Shown here: one piece after another, positions 1-7,797 of the stretch
Position numbering within the stretch: the first letter of the stretch is position 1
Layout: every line of letters starts with the position of its first letter
From: a virus
Length of the DNA: 61,373 nt
UHGV virus genome: UHGV-1597594
Reading direction: 5' to 3' (one strand)
Made by a program: the position numbers and the translations under genes
Notes under the pieces: model-generated
The model's input: only the letters and a program-made list of their open reading frames with translations
Told to the model about the DNA's origin: nothing
Databases searched by the model: none

Positions 1-132
1 TGATGCAAAGTACGATGTACACAACATGCATTGCATATTTGCAATGATGCAAAGTACGATGTACACAACATGCATTGCATATTTGCAATGATGCAAAGTA
101 CGATGTACACAACATGCATTGCATATTTGCAA
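1..132. repeat. 44-bp tandem direct repeat, 3 identical copies (array may continue upstream of the window)
   Basis: Unit tgatgcaaagtacgatgtacacaacatgcattgcatatttgcaa occurs at 1-44, 45-88 and 89-132; it contains the promoter-like tgtacacaaca box seen elsewhere in the window. Confidence 0.9.
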
Positions 133-166
133 TCATAAAAAGCTCAGCCAATTACGGCTGAGCTTT
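133..166 (-). terminator. intrinsic terminator hairpin downstream of CDS 214-1503
   Basis: Perfect 9-bp stem agctcagcc / ggctgagct (141-149, 156-164) with 6-nt loop; the A-run at 136-140 gives a T-run after the hairpin on the minus-strand transcript. Confidence 0.6.
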
Positions 167-213
167 CATTGAGATGCAACTTTTACGTTGACAGCAAACC
201 TAACTATGTTCGG

Positions 214-1503
214 TTATTCTTTTGGCAGAAGTTCAGCAATGCGTGACTGCAATTGCTCTTTCTGCTTCAAATAGCTGTCAAGAATTTGCTGATGAGCTGC
301 ATAGCCCTTTGATGTCGGGTCCATGCTCTGCATTGTTACTTGAACTGCAGCAATGTCTGATTCAACATTGTTGAGCACTGTCTGATATGCATCAACTTGT
401 GCAGATGCACGAATTGCTGCTTTCATTGCAGTGTCATAATGTTCGCGCCACATTGACTTGATGCATTCGATTTCTGGTGTGCTTACAGAAATTGACTGCA
501 ATGCTGCAATGAGTGCAACAATGCCGCCATATACTGTAATGATACCAGACTGAGTGTCAAGCATGTTGAAGTGATTGCCATCAACTGCGTATACAATGAT
601 AGGCGCAGATTGCAGCTTGACTGAATTGTCGAGAACTGCAAGCTTTGTGAACTGCTGCGTTACTGTAATGACTGCATTGCAAATTGCCTCTGCAGTCTCA
701 AATTCGCCTGCAACTTGCATGCTAACTTGATTGAGTTGCATATAAGTCTTGACTTTCTCAGCGAATTCAAGTGCAGTCATAACTTGCGAATCAAGCTCAA
801 CTGCATCTTGGCCAACAATGCGAACATGGCCGACAATTGTGTCAGCAAAGAATGCTTCAGTCTTTGGACAATACTGAACAAGAGACATCGCATCCATCAA
901 TGCAACAGATTCTGCAGATGGCTCAGATGCTGTAGCATACAGCAAATTGCCATCAGATACAGTGAACCACTTGCCAACTACAGGCAGACCCATGATGTCG
1001 CCTTCAATAATTGCAAGCACATGTGGACAATCACCTGTAGCAATGATGTGTTCAGGATTTGCTGCGTAATAGATGTCTTTTGCCTGCTTGATGAGCGACT
1101 TTACCTCAGGGTACATGTCATAATTGTCAAGCACGCCGTCAACTGCAATTGCTCGAATGATTGGCTCATCAGTTGATGCAACATCTACTGCATCTTCGAT
1201 TGCTGATGCAGCCTTTTGCATATTTGCAGAGCCATCACTCATCAAATCCTCCATGACAAGTGATGCTTTGAAGCCAAAGCCATCTGCGCCTATTGCAGCT
1301 TTTTGTGATTTTGCGAATGCACGTACAGCAGCATCTTTGCTATTTGCAGCGCTTTCCAAAATCATTGCAGCTTTTCGAAGAGTCAGACCAGACTTTTTGA
1401 TTTGTGCAAGTGACTCATTGACAAAGTTTGCACCGCCAAAAGTCAATGCTTTGATGCTTTTGATACCTTGAACAAATGCATCAATGTTTACAGTATGTTT
1501 CAT
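214..1503 (-). CDS. hypothetical protein
   Basis: Long minus-strand ORF; the ORF-track start at 1542 is a TTG, the first ATG (MKHTVNID...) is at 1503, which also removes the overlap with the upstream gene. No motif recognised. Confidence 0.6.
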   Translation of the reverse strand: MKHTVNIDAFVQGIKSIKALTFGGANFVNESLAQIKKSGLTLRKAAMILESAANSKDAAVRAFAKSQKAAIGADGFGFKASLVMEDLMSDGSANMQKAASAIEDAVDVASTDEPIIRAIAVDGVLDNYDMYPEVKSLIKQAKDIYYAANPEHIIATGDCPHVLAIIEGDIMGLPVVGKWFTVSDGNLLYATASEPSAESVALMDAMSLVQYCPKTEAFFADTIVGHVRIVGQDAVELDSQVMTALEFAEKVKTYMQLNQVSMQVAGEFETAEAICNAVITVTQQFTKLAVLDNSVKLQSAPIIVYAVDGNHFNMLDTQSGIITVYGGIVALIAALQSISVSTPEIECIKSMWREHYDTAMKAAIRASAQVDAYQTVLNNVESDIAAVQVTMQSMDPTSKGYAAHQQILDSYLKQKEQLQSRIAELLPKE

Positions 1504-1510
1504 AGTATAC

Positions 1511-3001
1511 TTATGCCTTTTTAGATTTGCGCTTTGCAGCAACTACGACTTCTGCTACGATAGCTTCTACAGTAGCTTCAGTTACAACAGACTTGTCTGC
1601 AACTTTTACAAGAGCTGCATGCAACTTGTAGTTGCCGACTTTGCTGAAAGTGCACATGAATTCTGTTGTTGCGTTGTATTCTGCAGGCACTGCAAAACCG
1701 CTGTCAGGACCCCATACACCAGTGTCTTCAAATGTCCAAGACTGTCCTTGTGAATCTGTTGCAGTAAATGTCGCATGACCATCTTCAGGCGCTTCTACGA
1801 TTTCATACTGCAGCTGAACGCCATCAACGCCAGCCTTGCCAACTACTTCAGTTGCAAGCGTTGCATTGATTGCTACTTCTGTTGCAGGCTGAATGCTTGC
1901 AGGGACATCTACAGAAATCTTGTATTCTGATACTTCAGGCTGAACTGGCTCAGCAACAACTACTGTAGACTCTGCTTCAACAACTACGCTGTCATCAGCA
2001 ACCTTGGCAAGAACTGCATGCAATTTGTACGTGCCAGCCTTGCTAAAGATTACAGTGAACTTTGTAGTTGCATTGTATTCTGCAGGAATGTCAAAGCCTG
2101 TTGCCGGCCCCCAAGTGCCATTGTCGACAAATGTATATTCCTTGCCAGCAGCGTCAGTAGCCTTGAATGTCACATGACCATCTTCAGGTGCTACGTCCAC
2201 GCCATAACGGAACTGAACCTTGTCAACGCCGACGTCGCCAACAGTCTTTGTTTTGAATGTCGCGTCAAGTTCAACTTCAGTGTTTTCGATGATTGTTTCA
2301 GGTGCAGACATTTCGAACTCATACTCAGACACTGTTTGTGCAGCTTGTTCAAGTTTGATGTTCTTTGTCTTGTTTGAAATCATAGTTTCACGACCAGCCT
2401 GGCTAACGTAGCCCTCTTTAGACACTTCCCAAACAATTTCTTCGCCTGACAAAACAGTCAACGAATTGCGAACTTCACCATTCATCTTGACAACTGCATC
2501 TGCAGGTTCTACATTGATTGTCAGTGTAGCTTTGCTGAGCTCAACAAGCTCCACTACTTGAATGACATCATGGTTTGTGAGCGTGATTGTGCCCTCCTGA
2601 GATTCATAACCCTCTTTCGACACTTCCCACTTAATTGGAATGCCTGCAGGCACGTTCTCAAGCATCTTTGTAGCCTCACCATTGATTTCTACGTAAGCAT
2701 CTTCAGGCACAGGCTGAATTGTGATGCTGAACTTATCTTTACCAGGTTCAGGGTCTGGTCCTGGTCCTGGGTCATCACCAGTAATTGCAGGGATAATTGT
2801 CTTTTCGATGACTTTCTGAGCTTCTGCAGTTGTGCCATAGAATTTGAGAGTTTTCTTGGCTTCTTCTACAGACATTTTCTCAAGATTGTCTGCAAGATAT
2901 GTCAGACCAGTGACTGCAGCAATTTTCTGCCGCATTTCTGGGCTAATGACTACACCAGTAGATTTGACCACTGGAGCAGCTTGTTTTTGCTTCTTTGCCA
3001 T
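1511..3001 (-). CDS. repeat-domain protein (Ig-like/PEGA-like repeats), possible virion surface or decoration protein
   Basis: ATG at 3001 (MAKKQKQ). Contains a Pro/Gly/Asp linker (GDDPGPGPDPEPG), two short repeats each containing WEVSKEGY, and two ~105-aa internally duplicated domains (..VAPEDGHVTFKATD..PAEYNATTKF.. / ..EAPEDGHATFTATD..PAEYNATTEF..). Function inferred from architecture only. Confidence 0.6.
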   Translation of the reverse strand: MAKKQKQAAPVVKSTGVVISPEMRQKIAAVTGLTYLADNLEKMSVEEAKKTLKFYGTTAEAQKVIEKTIIPAITGDDPGPGPDPEPGKDKFSITIQPVPEDAYVEINGEATKMLENVPAGIPIKWEVSKEGYESQEGTITLTNHDVIQVVELVELSKATLTINVEPADAVVKMNGEVRNSLTVLSGEEIVWEVSKEGYVSQAGRETMISNKTKNIKLEQAAQTVSEYEFEMSAPETIIENTEVELDATFKTKTVGDVGVDKVQFRYGVDVAPEDGHVTFKATDAAGKEYTFVDNGTWGPATGFDIPAEYNATTKFTVIFSKAGTYKLHAVLAKVADDSVVVEAESTVVVAEPVQPEVSEYKISVDVPASIQPATEVAINATLATEVVGKAGVDGVQLQYEIVEAPEDGHATFTATDSQGQSWTFEDTGVWGPDSGFAVPAEYNATTEFMCTFSKVGNYKLHAALVKVADKSVVTEATVEAIVAEVVVAAKRKSKKA

Positions 3002-3144
3002 AAGATATTGTGAATTTGGTTGTTATTCTTAACAAGATATGTACATACAGATGCAACAGATGATATGTCAGATGCACAAAACTGCATAAAATGACCAGAC
3101 TTGCAAATAAATTTAAGCAAGTCTGGTCATCAGTTTTGATTGCA

Positions 3145-4437
3145 CTACAACAATGACGGCACTCGTTGAGTTTCAAGTGGGTCACTGACATTGATGCCTG
3201 TGTATGCAACAAGTCGTTGTATTGGGCCAAGTACGAGTTTTTCGAACATGAGTCGTTTGTTCATTGGCGGCACATCTGGCATGTACTTCGGTGTCGGCAT
3301 TTCGCCTGGTGCAAAGCCAAATGCATCGCAATATTGACGAGAGCCAATTGGGATATTTGACAAATCTGACTTTGCTCTGTCAACAAAGTAGTAGAATACT
3401 CTACCGCCTTCAATCAATGGATATCGTGTTTCCAATCCATGAGCTTTTACAAGTGCATTATGGTATGCACAAGCCCTGTACTGAGGCAGTACACCTTTTG
3501 CTAACTGCCATTCACCGTCATAGCTTAGCACATAGTCATGATACTTGTTTGCATTGACATATGCGCAAAGTTTTTCCAAGTCTTGCTCAGCTTCAAAGCG
3601 TTTCCATAATTTCTGTATAAGCTTTGGATATGTCGCAGAAGTCAATTCGCCTCTGAACATTTTCTTAAATGCATAGTCAAGCATTTGTCTAACAAGCATT
3701 GATGAGCCTGTTTGAATAAGTTCGATGCCTTTGCCTTGAATGTGCTCAGTAGGGTCTTCGAATACTCGACCATCTACATATATTTGAGCCTTTAAGTACT
3801 TTTTCTTTTGGGCAAATAATGCAGTGTCAGAAATCGTTTCGAGGTCAAATAGCAAAATTGAATTGCCATGACGTTTTGCGAGGTATGCTGCATATGCCCC
3901 ATTGAATAATTCTTCCATACGATATTTGAATATCGCAAGAATCAAGTCATACCAATTTTTGCCTATGTAGCCAATTGATTTGACAGTTGGCTCAAAGTGA
4001 ATGTACAAAGAGTCTGTGTCAATATACAACACCTTGTCTTCATAGGGTTCGTGCTTTGGCGATACAGACAAATCAAAATTGTCCTTCAATTTGGGGTCAT
4101 TGCGCAGTTTTTCATGCAATTCATAATCACACCACCACTTGTTGTTAAGATAGTCATTTGCTACTCGTTCGCCAAAGTGAATGAAGTTACGCCCTTCAGC
4201 AGTAATTGATTCTGCAACTGCCATGTTAAAGAAGTGATAGAATCGATTACTTGTTGCACCATAGATTGAGTTTCGACAACATTTTGCTGAGACTTGCAGT
4301 CCTGCATGTTTTAGTGATTCTTGCATTGCAAAATCTCTCAATTCAAATAGACGTTCAGTAGACAACTGACTCAAATCACCAGTCAAATCTACCCCATCTA
4401 TTTCAATTTTTGACATATCTATCTGAGCTTCTGCCAT
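3145..4437 (-). CDS. family B DNA polymerase, C-terminal fragment (motifs B and C, KKKY motif)
   Basis: ATG at 4437. Translation contains KCCRNSIYG (motif B, KxxxNSxYG), YIDTDSLYI (motif C, YxDTDS) and QKKKYLK (KKRY-type motif). It lacks the exonuclease motifs and motif A, which are in CDS 7798-9303. Confidence 0.85.
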   Translation of the reverse strand: MAEAQIDMSKIEIDGVDLTGDLSQLSTERLFELRDFAMQESLKHAGLQVSAKCCRNSIYGATSNRFYHFFNMAVAESITAEGRNFIHFGERVANDYLNNKWWCDYELHEKLRNDPKLKDNFDLSVSPKHEPYEDKVLYIDTDSLYIHFEPTVKSIGYIGKNWYDLILAIFKYRMEELFNGAYAAYLAKRHGNSILLFDLETISDTALFAQKKKYLKAQIYVDGRVFEDPTEHIQGKGIELIQTGSSMLVRQMLDYAFKKMFRGELTSATYPKLIQKLWKRFEAEQDLEKLCAYVNANKYHDYVLSYDGEWQLAKGVLPQYRACAYHNALVKAHGLETRYPLIEGGRVFYYFVDRAKSDLSNIPIGSRQYCDAFGFAPGEMPTPKYMPDVPPMNKRLMFEKLVLGPIQRLVAYTGINVSDPLETQRVPSLL

Positions 4438-4459
4438 AAGTAGTTTATTTGTTTTGATT

Positions 4460-4617
4460 AAATTGTACTACATACATTGCAATTTTGCAATATGGGTTGT
4501 TAAAATGCACACATTGTACTACATGCAAAATGCTTTTGCATCATTTTGATACAACATGCAAAAACGAATTTGTACCGTTTTGATACAATGAATGCCAAGT
4601 TAAACTTTTGCATGACC
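4460..4617 (-). promoter_or_regulatory. cluster of 3-4 tandem promoter-like motifs upstream of the polymerase C-fragment gene
   Basis: aaattgtactacatacattgcaattttgcaa, acattgtactacatgcaaaatgcttttgcatc, ttttgatacaacatgca and ttttgatacaatgaatgcc...ttttgcat all resemble the recurrent tattgtacaaca-N12-ttgcac motif. Confidence 0.4.
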
Positions 4618-5562
4618 ACAGTCAAATACAGGATAAAATTGCCGTTGTATCATAGTATCTGCGTCAAAATTCTCATCAATGAGATGTTTATGCGTACGCC
4701 AATTATGCCAGTGTTTTTGAATTGTCTGCAAGTTATTTGATTTTTGCGGATTCAATGCAAAGTCTGTTGATAATACAGGTTCATTGTTCAAATGCGCTTG
4801 TATTGCTGCAATAACTGCTTCAACAGACATCCACTCAAATGCAGTCACACAAATAAAACCTGCACGCAATGCATCTTGAGTTTTGTAAAAGTGATATGTT
4901 GGATGAGTTGCTGCGCATTTTGATGCATTTTTGACAAGTGCATCAAAGCTTTTTGCGCTGTTATGCGACACTGTTGGATTGATTTCTACTACGACATTGT
5001 CATATCGCAAATCATACAACTTTAAGTCTATTCTGTAGTCATATTCAAAATTTATGCCAAGACGTTCAAATAGCAATGCATGCCAACGTTCATTAAGTTT
5101 TGACTGTATTTGACCAGATGCTGCTCTGCATTTTGCATGCATGCAAAAATACGGCACATCATATCGCTCTTCACATGTTTGACGCAACTTAGCAATGTTT
5201 GCAGGACCAAGCTTGCCAAAATGCTTAAGCTTAGTTGCATTTGCTTTGTCAGTATTGCTTGGACCTGCTTTGCCAAAATGTTCAAGCTTTGTCGCATTCG
5301 CTTTGTCAGTATTGCCTGGTCCAAGCTTGCCAAAATGTTTAAGCTTAGTCTGCTTGCATTGCTCTGTTACATGTGATAATTGCATATTGTGTTCTACACC
5401 ATATTTTCGTAACATTGCAATTCGCCTAATGTATTTTCTACGAATTTTGCTATGTGATGTCTTTCTTGACGCATATCTCACATATGGCGTACTTGCAATC
5501 AATGCATCTCGCTCGTTTTCAAGTTTAGCAATACGAGCATCAATCTCTTCTTTTGTCATCAT
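4600..5562 (-). CDS. homing-endonuclease-like protein (N-terminal coiled coil, 19-aa tandem repeats, PD-(D/E)xK/Vsr-like C-terminal region); paralog of 53489-54610
   Basis: ATG at 5562. Three repeats of TKL(K/E)HFGK(L/A)GPxNTDKANA; the C-terminal region YDLRYDNVVVEINPTVSHNS resembles the D..hhhE(I)xxxxxH core of Vsr/DUF559-type nucleases. Sits inside the split polymerase gene. Nuclease call is inference. Confidence 0.55.
   Translation of the reverse strand: MMTKEEIDARIAKLENERDALIASTPYVRYASRKTSHSKIRRKYIRRIAMLRKYGVEHNMQLSHVTEQCKQTKLKHFGKLGPGNTDKANATKLEHFGKAGPSNTDKANATKLKHFGKLGPANIAKLRQTCEERYDVPYFCMHAKCRAASGQIQSKLNERWHALLFERLGINFEYDYRIDLKLYDLRYDNVVVEINPTVSHNSAKSFDALVKNASKCAATHPTYHFYKTQDALRAGFICVTAFEWMSVEAVIAAIQAHLNNEPVLSTDFALNPQKSNNLQTIQKHWHNWRTHKHLIDENFDADTMIQRQFYPVFDCGHAKV
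5200..5360. repeat. ~57-bp tandem repeat (about 2.6 copies) inside CDS 4600-5562
   Basis: ccaagcttgccaaaatg(c/t)ttaagcttagt...tttgtcagtattgc(t/c)tgg recurs with a ~57-bp period; it encodes the 19-aa protein repeats. Confidence 0.8.
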
Positions 5563-5645
5563 AGCAATTCAAAAAATGCAGCAGCAGAACATCTGCTGCT
5601 GCATCGGCAGGTATCTTCACTTTTGTTTGAGTTGATTGCGATGTT

Positions 5646-6473
5646 TTAGAATGGCAGTTCACCATCGTCACCTGCGGCGTCAAATTCAGCTGCAATGTCA
5701 TATACCAGCGTCATTGCGATTCGCAAATCACGCTTCTTAGACTTCAGGCGCATGATATCATGACCAGAATTGTTTGTGATGACTGAACATTCAAACTCTT
5801 CATTGCCATCAATAAATGACAGCATTGATTTGTGAATTGTGATTGGCGACAAATCAGATGGGTAATTTGCGTCAATCACATATTCAAAGTTGTTGTTCTT
5901 GGCAATTAGTCCTCGTTCAGTCGTGCGAATCTCAATGCCAGGCAGCTCCTTGTCACCAGTGTTCAATGAGCCATACGATGACATGATGCCAAAGTGATTT
6001 GACGTCAAATCGAGCTTTCTCAGATTTGTTGTGCTATCAAACAACATTGACATATCATTATCAGACAGCTCAAAGTAGCCAAGTGATGGCATTGAACAAA
6101 CCTGATTGATTTTGAGCTGATTGTTTGAGATTACAATGAGCTCTGCAATTGTATCTGTGCCAATTTGTTTAACATAGATTTCAATCATTGCAGATGAGCC
6201 AAATGCAGCAAGTACTCGATTGTTGAATTGCGTGCCATTGTAAATAAACGCCTTGACTGTGACATCTTTGAGTGTAGACTCATAATGTTCACAAATGTCA
6301 AGCACATTAAGTGTCTGCGACTTTACAAAGCTACTATTGCCAGCATCAGTTCTGATTCGCTGGTCATTGAGTGAAAAGCTAAGCTTGCCATCGCATTTTA
6401 ATGATGATGCAAACAATGCTCGCAGCATATCAATGTTTGCATTGCGTAACGTAATTTTGTTCAGATTTTCCAT
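5646..6473 (-). CDS. hypothetical protein with acidic C-terminal tip DDGELPF (possible SSB-like or SSB-tip mimic)
   Basis: 275-aa ORF ending ..AAEFDAAGDDGELPF; the tip resembles the conserved bacterial SSB C-terminal D-D-D-I-P-F tip. No OB-fold could be verified by eye. Confidence 0.55.
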   Translation of the reverse strand: MENLNKITLRNANIDMLRALFASSLKCDGKLSFSLNDQRIRTDAGNSSFVKSQTLNVLDICEHYESTLKDVTVKAFIYNGTQFNNRVLAAFGSSAMIEIYVKQIGTDTIAELIVISNNQLKINQVCSMPSLGYFELSDNDMSMLFDSTTNLRKLDLTSNHFGIMSSYGSLNTGDKELPGIEIRTTERGLIAKNNNFEYVIDANYPSDLSPITIHKSMLSFIDGNEEFECSVITNNSGHDIMRLKSKKRDLRIAMTLVYDIAAEFDAAGDDGELPF

Positions 6474-6541
6474 CTTGTATCTATGTTGTTGATTTTCAAT
6501 TTAATATATTGAACAACATTTGTTGACATTTTGCAACATTG

Positions 6542-6916
6542 TCATCGATTGTCGCCTGACCCATGCAATACACCTCGCAATTTTCGAGACTGCAGTTTCT
6601 GAATGTTAAGCTGACAAATGTCAGTTAAGCTGTAGCCCAAATCATGTGCAAGAGTTGCAGCATACCACATGACATCGCTGAGCTCTTTTGCGATTTCATT
6701 GCGAATGTCTTCATTATCAAAATCACCATTCTTGTCTCGAATGACTTTTTTGACTTTGTCTGCAACTTCGCCTGCTTCACCCATTAAGCCAAGTGTTGGA
6801 TAGATAATTGCAGCTGATTTAGGATATACTGCGCTATCAAGCGCAGCAGTCTGATATTCATCAATAGTTGAAATCTGTGTGTGGTCGATTACGCCATGTG
6901 CATCTCGTTTAAGCAT
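6542..6916 (-). CDS. mazG: MazG-like nucleoside triphosphate pyrophosphohydrolase
   Basis: ATG at 6916. 124 aa with LMGEAGEVADKVKK and ELSDVMWY, the two glutamate-rich helices typical of the all-alpha MazG/NTP-PPase family. Confidence 0.75.
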   Translation of the reverse strand: MLKRDAHGVIDHTQISTIDEYQTAALDSAVYPKSAAIIYPTLGLMGEAGEVADKVKKVIRDKNGDFDNEDIRNEIAKELSDVMWYAATLAHDLGYSLTDICQLNIQKLQSRKLRGVLHGSGDNR

Positions 6917-6917
6917 A

Positions 6918-7409
6918 TCATTTACGTTTTTGTTTGACTCTCAATCGTTTTTGCATAAATGCTCTTGTAGCTTCACCAAAAGCCATCTCGTCTCGTTCGC
7001 CACCACAAAGCTTTGCAAGCTTATTGAATGTGTCTTGGTCAATCATTGTGTATGTTGAGTTGTTGACTACATGCAATGCGAACTGAATTAGCGGTGCGCC
7101 AGGCTGCAAGCAAAATGGCTCTTTGCCTGCATTGTACACTGCAAGATGAATCTCGCCATGATAGTCTGAATCTATAAACTCGCTTGTTTTGATAATGAGA
7201 TGATTTCGTGAAATGCCAGACTTATTGTAGGCAATCAATGCATGACCGGCAGGCACAAGTGCTTTAATGCCAGATGGAATTGCAATGCCCTCGCCAGGTT
7301 GCAGCATTGTTTGCACAAAATCATTGGGTATGCAAAAGTCCCATGCACCAGATTCTGCTGTTGACTTAAATGGACTTTCTACATTTCTGCATTTTGCAAA
7401 GAATAACAT
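6918..7409 (-). CDS. dut: dUTPase-family protein (dUTP/dCTP pyrophosphatase-like)
   Basis: ATG at 7409. EFIDSDYHGEI matches dUTPase motif III (IDxDYRGE); weaker matches to motif I (SGAWDF) and II (NKSGISR); motif V is degenerate. Confidence 0.7.
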   Translation of the reverse strand: MLFFAKCRNVESPFKSTAESGAWDFCIPNDFVQTMLQPGEGIAIPSGIKALVPAGHALIAYNKSGISRNHLIIKTSEFIDSDYHGEIHLAVYNAGKEPFCLQPGAPLIQFALHVVNNSTYTMIDQDTFNKLAKLCGGERDEMAFGEATRAFMQKRLRVKQKRK

Positions 7410-7432
7410 ATTAAGTATGTGTTTGTATGTTG

Positions 7433-7783
7433 TTAGTACATTTCTCGTTTAACAAGAGCTTTGCGTTTTGAGCGTAGCCCTGCCCTATTACGTAATTCTA
7501 CTGACCAATCACGAATCATTTGCCATGCAATCCCACCACGTTGAATACCACCGTGCTTGAACATTTCATTGCAAATACCTTGAATAAACACTGCATCAGA
7601 CTTTGTCAATGCATCAACAATTTGACCATGCGTATCTTCTGATTTGACATCATTGCAAAGCTTAAGCTCATCTACTGAAAGTTCGCCAAGCAGCTCATAG
7701 TAGTATATGAGAGCTTTGCGTGCGGCAATTGCTTTTCTTGAATTGCCAGAATAAGACAAAGTTACATGTTTGCTCATATTCAA
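7433..7783 (-). CDS. hypothetical protein
   Basis: 116-aa ORF tiling between dUTPase and polymerase N-fragment genes; no motif recognised. Confidence 0.5.
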   Translation of the reverse strand: MNMSKHVTLSYSGNSRKAIAARKALIYYYELLGELSVDELKLCNDVKSEDTHGQIVDALTKSDAVFIQGICNEMFKHGGIQRGGIAWQMIRDWSVELRNRAGLRSKRKALVKREMY

Positions 7784-7797
7784 TTATTGTTATGGTG

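Noticed and set aside
1-132. Tandem repeats considered as a CRISPR array
   Set aside because: The 44-bp units are directly adjacent with no spacers and contain promoter-like boxes; this is a tandem direct repeat, not a repeat-spacer array.
715-1471. Plus-strand ORFs 715-1176 and 1124-1471 (and similar antisense ORFs throughout, such as 2018-2377, 5110-5635, 15003-15621, 25001-25621, 27279-27758)
   Set aside because: They lie wholly inside longer minus-strand ORFs that carry recognisable motifs or tile without gaps, and their translations are Cys/Ser/Leu-rich low-complexity strings typical of antisense frames.
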